This document shows positions 26,797-36,195 of a stretch of DNA of 62,446 nucleotides, piece by piece (position 1 is the first letter of the stretch; every line of letters begins with the position of its first letter). The notes under the pieces are model-generated. The model did no database searches and was not told the DNA's origin. It saw only the letters and a list, made by a program, of their open reading frames with translations. This DNA is from Eubacteriales bacterium (lineage in GTDB: Bacteria; Bacillota; Clostridia; Oscillospirales; CAG-272). A program made the position numbers and the translations under genes. Location of the stretch: assembly GCA_045595425.1 (NCBI GenBank), contig JAZOAL010000105.1, forward strand, positions 1 to 62,446. The letters are read 5' to 3'.

Positions 26797-27756
26797 TTAT
26801 ATTTTTTCAGCTACCCTGAGCTTTGCACTTCTTGAACGAGGGTTTTCTCCAAGCTCGATATCCGATGGGAGTATCGGCTTCTTTGTGACAACCTTTACCT
26901 TTGGCTTGTTTCCGCATACACATACAGGGAAATTTCTCGGGCAGGTACAGCCCTGCGATAGGGATGAATAGGTCTGTTTCACGATCCGGTCCTCAAGAGA
27001 ATGGAAGGTTATTATCGCAATTCTTCCTCCGCTTGAAAGCAGATTTACGGCACTGTTTATCGCAGGCGTGATCGCATCAAGTTCACCGTTGACCTCTATG
27101 CGGATGGCTTGAAAGGTTCTCTTTGCGGGATGGTGCCCTCCCTGCTTTGCCGCCGCGGGCATCGCGCGTTTTATAATATCCACAAGCTCACCCGTGGTTT
27201 CTATGGGTTTCGCGGCTCTGGATCTTACGATTTCGGCGGCGATCTTTCCGCCAAACTTTTCTTCGCCAAAGCCATAAATTATCTCTCTTAATTTTTCTTC
27301 GGAATAGGTATTGACAATCACAGAAGCATCGAGAGGATTTCGGTCATCCATTCTCATATCGAGAGGAGCATCGGCATTGTAAGAAAATCCCCGCTCCGGT
27401 GTATCAAGCTGATACGAGGAAACGCCGAGATCCATCAATATTCCGTCAATTTTATCTATTCCAAGCTCAGCGCAAACCTCACCCACCTCGGAAAAATTTC
27501 GTCTGACCAAGGTCACCCGATCGCCAAAAGGAGCAAGTCTTTGCCCCGCCGCCTCTATCGCCGCGACATCGCGGTCAATGGCGATCAGCCTGCCGCCTTC
27601 GCCGAGAGCAGCGGCGATATGAAACGAATGTCCGCCTCCGCCTGCTGTTCCATCCACATATATACCGTTCGGTTTTATAGCAAGTCCTTCTATACATTCG
27701 TCAAGGAGCACCGAACGATGGCTGAAATTTATAGATTCCTTCTCCATTCCGCTCAT
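26797..27756 (-). CDS. rsmH: 16S rRNA (cytosine1402-N4)-methyltransferase RsmH
   Basis: H.SVLL.E, DGT.GGGGHS, GVSS.QLD and FHSLEDR.VK motifs. Confidence 0.95.
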   Translation of the reverse strand: MSGMEKESINFSHRSVLLDECIEGLAIKPNGIYVDGTAGGGGHSFHIAAALGEGGRLIAIDRDVAAIEAAGQRLAPFGDRVTLVRRNFSEVGEVCAELGIDKIDGILMDLGVSSYQLDTPERGFSYNADAPLDMRMDDRNPLDASVIVNTYSEEKLREIIYGFGEEKFGGKIAAEIVRSRAAKPIETTGELVDIIKRAMPAAAKQGGHHPAKRTFQAIRIEVNGELDAITPAINSAVNLLSSGGRIAIITFHSLEDRIVKQTYSSLSQGCTCPRNFPVCVCGNKPKVKVVTKKPILPSDIELGENPRSRSAKLRVAEKI

Positions 27757-28184
27757 ATATCGTACTGCTTGAGAAGAGCCACGATCTCCTCGGGATTCTC
27801 CTCGGAAATCTTTGCACTGTAGTTTTCTTCTGTCCAGATCTCGGAATAATCGCCGCAGCCGACTATAACAGCCGTTCCTCTCTCAAGCTCCGCATGCTTG
27901 CAAAGCTCGGGGGTAAGAAGCACACGTCCCTGTGAATCATATCCGGATTCAAGAGAATTTCGATAAAGGAAACGGTTGACATCATGGCGCTGTGATGCCG
28001 GCACCTTTGCCAGAACATTTGCGCGATAGTTCTCCCACTCGGATTTTGCATATACCAAAAGGCATTTATTTTCGAGGTCACGGACTATCATAACGCTCTC
28101 GCCAAACACTTCTCTGTGCTTCGCGGGTATAAAAAGTCTGTTTTTTGCATCAAGCGCATGTCTGAATTCGCCGCAGAGAGCCAT
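27753..28184 (-). CDS. mraZ: Transcriptional regulator MraZ
   Basis: Duplicated SpoVT/AbrB-like halves with D.K.R..IP and D.QGR..LP motifs. AAGGAGGT RBS. Confidence 0.95.
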   Translation of the reverse strand: MALCGEFRHALDAKNRLFIPAKHREVFGESVMIVRDLENKCLLVYAKSEWENYRANVLAKVPASQRHDVNRFLYRNSLESGYDSQGRVLLTPELCKHAELERGTAVIVGCGDYSEIWTEENYSAKISEENPEEIVALLKQYDI

Positions 28185-28219
28185 ATCCGTACCTCCTTAT
28201 CTTTTTATAGTTTTTCGGT

Positions 28220-28268
28220 GCACTTTTTCGACACTTTTGAGAAAAATTCGCCATTTTGCACCACTTGT
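28220..28268 (-). promoter_or_regulatory. Putative MraZ operator: direct AAAGTG-type repeats between the TSS and the mraZ RBS
   Basis: The minus strand reads ACAAGTGG ...(22 nt)... AAAAGTGT CGA AAAAGTGC. This resembles the AAAGTG[T/G] MraZ boxes reported in Mollicutes. Confidence 0.4.
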
Positions 28269-28274
28269 ACATTT

Positions 28275-28303
28275 ATTATAGTATGTTCTCATGAAAATTG
28301 CAA
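28275..28303 (-). promoter_or_regulatory. Sigma-A promoter of the dcw operon (TTGCAA-17-TATAAT)
   Basis: TTGCAA at 28298-28303. Reverse complement of 28275-28280 is TATAAT. Confidence 0.6.
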
Positions 28304-28609
28304 TAGTTTTTAGCAAATTTGTTGAAAAATTTTTTCAGTTTTTTTCGTAAAAACACCAAAATTTACTTATTGACACTAATTTCCGGATAAAAAATTTTAC
28401 TTTTAATTGCTTAATTTACATATTTTGTAATATCTAACAATATCATACAATGTAAAATTCAGTCGAAGATTTCCCGACATTATTCACCATATCTTTATCT
28501 TATCCTAAACTCTCCAACATTTTTCAAACAGAATCGAGAAATAACGATTTTTAACTTTTAAAAATTCGCCATATTTCATCCCTTTTCATGAATATTCAAC
28601 AAAGAATAA

Positions 28610-29317
28610 CTATTCTCCTCCGAAAGCATCACGGAGCTTTTGGAGAGCACCCTTTTCGATTCTGCTCACATATGAACGGGATATACCGAGAAGTGACGCA
28701 ACCTCTCTCTGAGGAAGGGGTTCTATTCCCGAAAGCCCGTAGCGCAGAACGATTATCTTCCGTTCCCTTTCCGAAAGCAGTTTTTCCACATACCGCAAAG
28801 CCTGCGCCGAGCGAAGTGCCCTGTCAACCTCCTCGCATATGCTCTCCTCGCTGCTTATAACATCGATATAGGTCAGCGGATTTCCATCCTTGTCTATATC
28901 GATGGTCTCGTTTATCGAAACTTCATTCGCAAGCTTTTTTTGAGATCGGAAAAACATCAATATTTCATTTTGAATACATTTTGCACCGTAGGTTGCAAAT
29001 CTGGCACCGTTTCTCACATCAAAGGAATCCACCGCTTTAACCAGGCCTATCGTTCCAACGGAAACCAGATCCTCACTGCACTTGTTTGAAGAATAGTATT
29101 TTCGTACGATATGTGCAACCAGCCGCAAATTATGCAATATCAATTTTTCCCTAGCACGGTCATCGCCTTCAAGACGCAGCTTTCTGAACAGCTCATGCTC
29201 TTCATCCTCCGGAAGCGGCGGCGGAAAATTCTGCGGAGTGGATATACCAAGGATCATACACGCGGCTTTGAAGGTCGCAGACAACAAAAATGTCAGCAAA
29301 AAATCACCTCTTTTCAT
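28610..29317 (-). CDS. sigK: Sporulation sigma factor, pro-sigma-K-like (sigma-E not fully excluded)
   Basis: Hydrophobic pro-sequence followed by FPPPL. LILHNLRLVAHIVRKY and GISRSYVSRIEKGAL are closest to B. subtilis SigK (LIEHNLRLVAHIVKKF, GISRSYVSRIEKRAL). The start is uncertain (ATG 29317 or TTG 29332). Confidence 0.65.
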   Translation of the reverse strand: MKRGDFLLTFLLSATFKAACMILGISTPQNFPPPLPEDEEHELFRKLRLEGDDRAREKLILHNLRLVAHIVRKYYSSNKCSEDLVSVGTIGLVKAVDSFDVRNGARFATYGAKCIQNEILMFFRSQKKLANEVSINETIDIDKDGNPLTYIDVISSEESICEEVDRALRSAQALRYVEKLLSERERKIIVLRYGLSGIEPLPQREVASLLGISRSYVSRIEKGALQKLRDAFGGE

Positions 29318-29356
29318 ATAAAATTTATGCAAACAAATGAATTCTTTGCCTGTACA

Positions 29357-29385
29357 TTGACAGAAACGAAAAAAAATGTTATCAT
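29357..29385 (+). promoter_or_regulatory. Sigma-A promoter of pfp (TTGACA-17-TATCAT with extended TG)
   Basis: TTGACA at 29357-29362 and TGtTATCAT at 29377-29385. Confidence 0.6.
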
Positions 29386-29439
29386 ATATATGGAAATAAC
29401 ATGAAATCTAATGAAGCCTGTCGGCAGAAAGGTCACATC

Positions 29440-30678
29440 ATGAACAAACTAATCGGAAATGCTGTCGTCGGACAGTCAGGAGGTCCCACCTCAGCCATAA
29501 ATGCAACTCTCTCCGGCGTCATCAGAGGCGCAAAGGAGCTCCACATCGAAGGTATCATCGAAAAGCTCTATGGAATGAAAAACGGCATTGAAGGGCTTTT
29601 GGCGGAAAATTTAGTCGATCTGTTTGAAATTTTTGAGGATGAATCAAAGCTGACCGTGCTCGAAAACACTCCTGCCGCCGCGCTGGGATCATGCAGAAAA
29701 AAACTCCCCGAGATTGGCTCCGGGGATGAAATCTATATTAAATTGATAGATATCTTCAAAAAATATAATATCAGATTCTTTTTCTATATCGGCGGCAACG
29801 ACTCGATGGATACCGCCAAAAAGCTCGGCAGATACACCGAGCTTTGCGGCTATGAAATGCGTGTTATCGGTGTGCCGAAAACCATAGACAATGACCTGCC
29901 TGCAACAGATCACTCTCCCGGCTTCGGCTCAGCGGCAAAATATATCGCAACCATGACCCAAGAAATCATCCGCGACTGCGCGGTATACACCGTTCAAGCC
30001 GTCACGATCATAGAAATAATGGGAAGAGATGCCGGCTGGCTTACAACCGCTTCGGCGGCAGGCAGACATATCTGCGGCTCAGAGCCGGACCTTGTGTACC
30101 TGCCCGAAAGAGCTTTTGATATGGACAAGTTCATTTCCGATGTCCGTCTTGCCCTCGAAAAGCACCCGAATGTAGTTATTGCAGTCTCTGAAGGCATACG
30201 CCTTGCAGACGGCAGATATGTGGGAGAAGCTACCCAAAGCGGCGCTACAGACGTATTCGGGCACAAATACCTTGCAGGAAGCGGAAAAACGCTCGAGCAT
30301 GCTGTAAAAAATGCCATTGGCTGTAAGGTTCGTTCAGTCGAGCTCAACCTTTGCCAAAGATGTGCTTCACACCTCGCATCAAAAACCGACCTTGAAGAAT
30401 CGGTTCTCGTTGGAAGAAGCGCCGTCTTTGCCGCCACCGAAGGTGCCACAAAGGTTATGATGACGATCAACAGAACATCAAATGATCCATATACCATCGA
30501 TATCGGCACCGTAAATGTTGACAACGTTGCAAATTACGAACAGCTCGTTCCCGATAAATTCATCAATGCCGAGGGCAACGGCGTTACCGATGAATGTATC
30601 GAATATCTGTTGCCGCTTATTAAGGGTGAAGCATCACCCGAATATAAAGACGGGCTTCCGATTCATTTTGTAATATAA
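29440..30678 (+). CDS. pfp: Phosphofructokinase, probably pyrophosphate-dependent
   Basis: GQSGGPTSAINA, GGNDS (Asp at the position of E. coli Gly104) and PKTIDND (Lys at Gly124). Confidence 0.75.
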   Translation: MNKLIGNAVVGQSGGPTSAINATLSGVIRGAKELHIEGIIEKLYGMKNGIEGLLAENLVDLFEIFEDESKLTVLENTPAAALGSCRKKLPEIGSGDEIYIKLIDIFKKYNIRFFFYIGGNDSMDTAKKLGRYTELCGYEMRVIGVPKTIDNDLPATDHSPGFGSAAKYIATMTQEIIRDCAVYTVQAVTIIEIMGRDAGWLTTASAAGRHICGSEPDLVYLPERAFDMDKFISDVRLALEKHPNVVIAVSEGIRLADGRYVGEATQSGATDVFGHKYLAGSGKTLEHAVKNAIGCKVRSVELNLCQRCASHLASKTDLEESVLVGRSAVFAATEGATKVMMTINRTSNDPYTIDIGTVNVDNVANYEQLVPDKFINAEGNGVTDECIEYLLPLIKGEASPEYKDGLPIHFVI

Positions 30679-30713
30679 ATAAAGAACGCTTACATATGTA
30701 AGCGTACTTTATT
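30678..30713. terminator. Bidirectional terminator between convergent pfp and folD
   Basis: 36-nt near-perfect palindrome AATAAAGAACGCTTACAT/ATGTAAGCGTACTTTATT with one mismatch. Confidence 0.7.
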
Positions 30714-30717
30714 TATA

Positions 30718-31575
30718 TTATTTGGCATCAATGCTAAGCTTTGCCGCTGTCAGCGTGTTTTTAAGAAGCATTGTAATAGTCATAGGACCTACACCGCCCG
30801 GGACAGGCGTTATGTAAGACGCCTTGGGCTCGACCTGTGCAAAGTTGACATCACCGCAAAGCTTGCCGTCCTCACCGCGATTGATACCGACATCAATGAC
30901 CACTGCCCCGTCCTTCACCATATCCGACCCAAAGAAATTAGGTTTTCCGATGGCGGCAACAAGAATATCGGCGCGACGGCAAACCGCGGCAAGATCGGCA
31001 GTTTTCGAATGGCATATGGTTACAGTAGCGTCAGATTGAAGCATGAGCATAGCCTGAGGCTTGCCCACGATATTGCTTCTGCCGACTATGACACACTCTT
31101 TTCCTCGAATCTCAACACCGCTGCGTCTTATGAGCTCCATAACACCGGCGGGGGTGCAAGGAGCTAAATCATAATTACCCGTCATGATCCTACCGACATT
31201 AAAGGGGTGGAAGGCATCGACATCCTTTGAGGGATCAATGCCGAGAAGCACTGACTCTTCGTTTATATGCTTCGGCAGCGGAAGCTGAACAAGAATACCG
31301 TGTATCTTGCTGTCATAGTTAAGACGCGAGATCGTTTCAAGAAGCTCCGATTCGGTAGTCTCCTCCGGCATTTCAATGACCTCGGAGTAAAAGCCGACCT
31401 GCTCACAAGCAAGCTTTTTATTTCTGACATAGACCTTTGACGCGGGATTTTCACCGACGATTATTACCGCAAGTCCCGGTCTGAAACCGTTTTCGGCTTC
31501 AAAAGCCTTTACTTCTTCAATTATCTCCGAGCGTATCTCCGCAGAGACCGCCTTACCGTCAATTATTTTAGCCAT
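30718..31575 (-). CDS. folD: Bifunctional methylene-THF dehydrogenase/cyclohydrolase FolD
   Basis: MAKIIDGK, SKVYVRNK, HGILVQLPLP, GRSNIVGKP and TPVPGGVGPMT motifs. Confidence 0.95.
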   Translation of the reverse strand: MAKIIDGKAVSAEIRSEIIEEVKAFEAENGFRPGLAVIIVGENPASKVYVRNKKLACEQVGFYSEVIEMPEETTESELLETISRLNYDSKIHGILVQLPLPKHINEESVLLGIDPSKDVDAFHPFNVGRIMTGNYDLAPCTPAGVMELIRRSGVEIRGKECVIVGRSNIVGKPQAMLMLQSDATVTICHSKTADLAAVCRRADILVAAIGKPNFFGSDMVKDGAVVIDVGINRGEDGKLCGDVNFAQVEPKASYITPVPGGVGPMTITMLLKNTLTAAKLSIDAK

Positions 31576-32422
31576 TTTTATTCTCCTTTTTCTTTTTTAT
31601 AAGCATATATATTATCGCCGCACTGCCAACAAGCGCGCAAGCAAGACCTATAAGCTGTGATATCTTAACGGGTCCCACATACAGACTGTCTGAACGCAGT
31701 CCCTCGATAAACATTCTTCCAAAGCCATACCAAGCGATATACATATAGAATATCTGACCGTCAAATTTTTTCTTTGAATAGAAAATATTTATTATAACAA
31801 AACCGATCAGATTCCAAAGTGATTCATAGAAAAATGTAGGATGAGCAAGCACCGTTTGATAACGGCTGGCATAGGAGTTTACCTCCATTATAAAAGGAAG
31901 CTTTGCCGCGCCCGGAGTAGCAAAAACCTTTCCGAAAAATTCAAACTGCGTTATATCGCCAAAAGCTTCTCCATTGCAGAAATTACCCCATCTGCCGATA
32001 AGCTGACCCAGCATAACGCCCGGAGCTATCATATCAAAAGCTTTAATAAAATTTTTCTTTTTGATCTTACAGACCAAAAATATTGCAAGTGCACCGCCAA
32101 TGATGCCTCCGTATATTCCAATTCCGCCGTTCCAGATCGCAAAGACCTCCCAAAAGCTGTCATACTGATCCAAGCTTGTGAGAACATAATAAAGCCTTGC
32201 CCCAACAATACCCGAAAGGACGGTATAAATAAACAGATCAAGCATATCATCGCTTGAAAAGCCCTCTCTTTTGCCCCTGTAGCTGGCATAGGCAAAAGCA
32301 AGTATTATTCCCGTTACGATTATGAGACCATACCAACGAACCTCAAGACCAAAAATATTCAAGGCAACGGGATTTATGCTAAATCTTTCTATCCCCAAGC
32401 CCGGAAAAGCAATCTGTGTCAT
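31568..32422 (-). CDS. lgt: Prolipoprotein diacylglyceryl transferase
   Basis: VRWYGL, GRWGNF.N.E and HPTFFYESLWN motifs. 8-nt overlap with folD. Confidence 0.9.
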   Translation of the reverse strand: MTQIAFPGLGIERFSINPVALNIFGLEVRWYGLIIVTGIILAFAYASYRGKREGFSSDDMLDLFIYTVLSGIVGARLYYVLTSLDQYDSFWEVFAIWNGGIGIYGGIIGGALAIFLVCKIKKKNFIKAFDMIAPGVMLGQLIGRWGNFCNGEAFGDITQFEFFGKVFATPGAAKLPFIMEVNSYASRYQTVLAHPTFFYESLWNLIGFVIINIFYSKKKFDGQIFYMYIAWYGFGRMFIEGLRSDSLYVGPVKISQLIGLACALVGSAAIIYMLIKKKKENKNG

Positions 32423-32446
32423 TTTTTAACCTCCGTTTTATTAGTT

Positions 32447-33751
32447 TTAATCAAGCGGAACAACATAGGAAAGAGTAAAGCACTTCTCTGAAAACGAAGA
32501 ACGGAATATATCCATAACTTCACTCAGCGTTATTGTAGAAACTATGTCTGCATATTCAAAATAATCATATCCGTCAAGAACAAAATCCACAAGATCCCCC
32601 GCAATGTCCTCTGCCGAATCAAGCCCCCTCACAAAGGAAGCATAAAACACCTTTCGGCATCTTTCAAACTCTTCGGAAGAAAAGCCCTCTTCCCTCTTTT
32701 TTAGAGTATATGCCTTTATAAGTTCGTAAACCGCCTCAGGATCATCCGAATCTCCCGAAACTGCGCAAAAGCCGAAGCTTTCGGAAAGAGTATAGGAGCT
32801 ACTGAGCCCGGGAGAGATCATACCGCCCTCATAAAGTCGGCTGTAAAGCTCACCAGTTTGCGAGAAAAGCAGATCTGTCACGATCGACATGGCAACATCA
32901 CGTTTTGCTCTTTCAATAGATTCAGAAGGAATTGCAGTATCCTTTATTCCAATATCAAATATGGGCTTTGCAAGCTGCATCTCCTGAACAGTTTTTTCTC
33001 TCACAACAAATGAAGGCTCGACCGTATTCTTTCTTATGATATCTCTGCTATCCGAAGTACCAAGCTCCTCGTCTGCAATGGCTATCACATCCTCTGCCCT
33101 TACATCTCCGCAAACAACAAGTATCATGTTTGAAAGGTTATAAAAAACACTGTGGCATCTGTAAAGAAGCTCCGGCGTGATACCCGAAATGCTCTCAACC
33201 GTTCCGCATATGTTGTTTTTTATATCATGCTTGTGATAAAGCCCCTCAAGCATACCTCGATATGCTCTTGATGAAGGCGAATCCTCATAAAGCCCTATTT
33301 CTTCGGCAATGATACCTCTTTCCTTTTCCACAGACTCCTCGGTGAAATATGGGTGAGTTACAAAAGAGAGGAGCTCACCGAGACATTCCTTGAAATTTGA
33401 TGTACAGCTGAAAAGATAGACCGTCTTATCATATGAGGTATAAGCGTTTGCATCTGCGCCAAGCTCTGAAAAACGCTCAAAAGAGTCTACATCACCCTCG
33501 TTTGTAAACATCTTGTGTTCAAGGAAGTGAGCAATGCCCATTGGCACATCCGTTACCTCGGAATCCCCAGACAATTTAAAGCCGTTATCTATTGAGCCGT
33601 ATTTTGTGGCGAACATTGCGTGTGTGGTTGAAGTATCCTTTGGATAGATATAAATATCAAGACCGCTTTTATGAGTGACCTTTATATATTTTTCTCCAAA
33701 TGCAGGATAGGCAACTTCATTTATAAGCGTCTCATTCCTCGTCTTCTGCAT
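32447..33751 (-). CDS. M16 (pitrilysin) family zinc peptidase, catalytic partner
   Basis: HFLEH inverted zinc motif. ATG at 33751 with a GGGGGTG RBS. 20-nt overlap with the upstream paralog. Confidence 0.8.
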   Translation of the reverse strand: MQKTRNETLINEVAYPAFGEKYIKVTHKSGLDIYIYPKDTSTTHAMFATKYGSIDNGFKLSGDSEVTDVPMGIAHFLEHKMFTNEGDVDSFERFSELGADANAYTSYDKTVYLFSCTSNFKECLGELLSFVTHPYFTEESVEKERGIIAEEIGLYEDSPSSRAYRGMLEGLYHKHDIKNNICGTVESISGITPELLYRCHSVFYNLSNMILVVCGDVRAEDVIAIADEELGTSDSRDIIRKNTVEPSFVVREKTVQEMQLAKPIFDIGIKDTAIPSESIERAKRDVAMSIVTDLLFSQTGELYSRLYEGGMISPGLSSSYTLSESFGFCAVSGDSDDPEAVYELIKAYTLKKREEGFSSEEFERCRKVFYASFVRGLDSAEDIAGDLVDFVLDGYDYFEYADIVSTITLSEVMDIFRSSFSEKCFTLSYVVPLD

Positions 33752-35045
33752 AGTAGTCACCCCCATCGCCGTTCTTGAGCGTACCTCTGATAAAGGCACA
33801 GGTGTCAGCCCCAAATCGGTTTGCCGCTCTGATAACATCAGCCTTTGTCACAGCTTTGAATTTTTCAATATCCCTCTCAAGCGTGCTGTCAACTCCCTCG
33901 GCAAGCCTTATTCTATAGTAACTCTCAAGGGCATATGCAGAATCTGTGCCTTGCCTGTAAAAGTTCTCTATCGAACGCTTTGCACAATCAAATTCAAAAT
34001 CCGAAATATTTCCCTTTTTAATTTCTTCAAACTGATCAAGTATCTCGCCGACCACCCTCTCCTTGTTCTCATTGCTTATTCCGGAGCGAACAAAGATCGC
34101 GCCCTTTATAAAATCGAAATTAGATGAGCAGGAATAGCAAAGGCTTTGCTTTTCACGCACATTTCTGAAAAGCTTTGATGAGGGTGAGCCGCCAAAAATA
34201 TCGTTTAGAATAACTGCGGCATAAAAATCTCTGTCGTGTATATCTATATCAGAGCGAAAGCCCATTGTCAGCTTGCCCTGGATAACAGGCATCTCTTCCT
34301 CTGCCTCTCGCATTTTATCGGGTGCACTTTTCACAACCGTTTTGCTCATTTCAGCTTTTTTACCGCCAAGCTTCGGAAACACATCTTCTATCATTTTATT
34401 AACGCTTTGCGAATCTCTCCTTCCTATGTAGATATACATAGGTACGGAAGTCTCAATAAATCGGTGATAAAAATCCACAACCTCTCGGTTTTCCATTGCC
34501 ATCACCTCGCAAGCTCCGCCTCCTGACCGGTGTCCGTAAGGCTCTCCCTCAAACATTATTTCACGGCAAAGCTCATAGCTTCTGACCTTGGGATCCTTCC
34601 GGGAAGCTCTTATATAATCGCAAAGATCCCTCTTTTCAAGATCAAATGTTTTCTCCGGAAAAAGCCCTTGTGAATTTAAAAGAGGAAAATAAAGCATTTT
34701 ATGAAGAGTTTCCAACGCCCCCCTCAAAAGATCCTCCTTTTCGGGAACACATGAAGGATCAAGACATTCAACAGAAAAGCCCGCAAGGAGATTGTCTCCA
34801 AAAGGAAGTCCCATTGTTGATATATTGGCATCATAAAGATCGTCAAGATGACGGCTGAGAGATGCGATATCGGGATAATCTGCACAGCCCCTCTTTAAAA
34901 TGCTGAAAAGAACTGCGCCAAGCCTGAAATCTCTGTTTGAAAAAGGCATGGGACAAAGAAGCGTCAGCGTCTCGGTCTTAAATTTGTCGGTCTCAATGGC
35001 AAGAAGCGTTCCGCCACTATCAAGCAAGATCTTTTTTGGATTCAT
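33732..35045 (-). CDS. M16 family peptidase-like protein lacking the HxxEH motif (non-catalytic partner)
   Basis: M16 fold-like length and pattern, with no HxxEH seen. Paired arrangement as in YmfF/YmfH-type loci. Confidence 0.65.
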   Translation of the reverse strand: MNPKKILLDSGGTLLAIETDKFKTETLTLLCPMPFSNRDFRLGAVLFSILKRGCADYPDIASLSRHLDDLYDANISTMGLPFGDNLLAGFSVECLDPSCVPEKEDLLRGALETLHKMLYFPLLNSQGLFPEKTFDLEKRDLCDYIRASRKDPKVRSYELCREIMFEGEPYGHRSGGGACEVMAMENREVVDFYHRFIETSVPMYIYIGRRDSQSVNKMIEDVFPKLGGKKAEMSKTVVKSAPDKMREAEEEMPVIQGKLTMGFRSDIDIHDRDFYAAVILNDIFGGSPSSKLFRNVREKQSLCYSCSSNFDFIKGAIFVRSGISNENKERVVGEILDQFEEIKKGNISDFEFDCAKRSIENFYRQGTDSAYALESYYRIRLAEGVDSTLERDIEKFKAVTKADVIRAANRFGADTCAFIRGTLKNGDGGDYYAEDEE

Positions 35046-35549
35046 TTATAAACCTCGATTTTTACGAATTATATCGATCGCACCATTCGGAAGCAGTTTT
35101 TCGGCTTCCGCAAGATCACCTTTTTCCAAAAGGCAGCGAACTCTTGTCGAGCTGACTTCTCCCAGTCCATCCGAGCATGGCAAAAATAAAGTTTCGATCT
35201 CGGGGGCAAGCTCACGGTTAAAAAATGCCATCTTCATCTCATATTCAAAATCCGTACTGTTTCTTACGCCCTTTATTATCGCCCCACAGCCAAGCTTTCT
35301 TGCAAGATCGACAAGCATTCCGTCATCATGAACCACCCTAACATTTTCAATATCTGCACAACCGATCTGGGCTATACTAAACCGGGTTTCAAGGTCGAAA
35401 AGATATTCTTTATTTGGATTTATGAGAAGTGCAAGATAAATCTCGTCATAAAGAGCCGCCACACGGCGTAGAACATCAAGATGCCCCAGAGTCATCGGGT
35501 CAAAGCTTCCTGGAACTATGGCACGGTGGAGCTTTTTTTCAGTCTTCAT
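35046..35549 (-). CDS. coaD: Phosphopantetheine adenylyltransferase
   Basis: AIVPGSFDPMTLGHLD motif and the ISSTRVR-like EVSSTRVR. Start ATG at 35549 with a GAGGA RBS. Confidence 0.9.
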   Translation of the reverse strand: MKTEKKLHRAIVPGSFDPMTLGHLDVLRRVAALYDEIYLALLINPNKEYLFDLETRFSIAQIGCADIENVRVVHDDGMLVDLARKLGCGAIIKGVRNSTDFEYEMKMAFFNRELAPEIETLFLPCSDGLGEVSSTRVRCLLEKGDLAEAEKLLPNGAIDIIRKNRGL

Positions 35550-36138
35550 TGTTTGAGTCCTCATTTCTCTTTGGGGTCAGCAGTTTTATATATGCAACTC
35601 CGTATTTCACGCTCCGAAGCACCTCAAACCGAGCCTCAAGCTCCCCATTGCCTCCAAAAACATCCTCCTCCGATCCGCTTTCGCAAACTATCAGAGATGT
35701 ACGCTTGATAAGTCTGCCGGAAAGAAGCAGTTCAAGTGCCCTCGGAATCAGCTTTTCAGCATAGGGAGGATCGAGAAAAACAATATCGTATTTAGCCGAT
35801 TCATTTCTCTTTCTTCCCTCTCCGCGCAAAAATTCGAGAGAATCTGCACAAACAGCACTCGCTCCTTCGAGCTTTGTTTTTGCAATATTCTGCTTTATGA
35901 CCGACACAGCCGCCTTTGCATGATCCACCATAAGCGAGCTCTGCGCACCGCGGCTGAGGGCTTCAAGTCCCATCTGTCCCGAGCCTGCGAAAAGATCAAG
36001 CACTCTCCTGCCTTCAAGCTCAAACTGTATCATCGAAAAAATAGCTTCCTTTGCCCTTTCGGAGGTTGGCCTCGTATTTTCTCCTTCAAGGGTGACAAGA
36101 CGGATACCCTTGGCACGCCCTGTGATTATTCTCATCAT
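35539..36138 (-). CDS. rsmD: 16S rRNA (guanine966-N2)-methyltransferase RsmD
   Basis: MRIITG..KG, RPT.ER.KEA.F, DLFAGSG and DPPY motifs. Confidence 0.9.
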   Translation of the reverse strand: MMRIITGRAKGIRLVTLEGENTRPTSERAKEAIFSMIQFELEGRRVLDLFAGSGQMGLEALSRGAQSSLMVDHAKAAVSVIKQNIAKTKLEGASAVCADSLEFLRGEGRKRNESAKYDIVFLDPPYAEKLIPRALELLLSGRLIKRTSLIVCESGSEEDVFGGNGELEARFEVLRSVKYGVAYIKLLTPKRNEDSNNED

Positions 36139-36195
36139 AATTGTACCTCAGTAAATGTTGTTAAACAATAGATAACCTCAAAAATTAAAATAATG

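Noticed and set aside
28610-29332. Possibility that sigK is split by a skin-like element.
   Set aside because: The ORF is continuous from the pro-sequence through region 4.2, and no recombinase gene is nearby.
32447-35045. M16 peptidase pair as a possible peptide-maturation (RiPP) system.
   Set aside because: No precursor peptide, radical SAM or transporter genes are adjacent. The active-plus-inactive pair embedded among housekeeping genes matches the common YmfF/YmfH-type arrangement.
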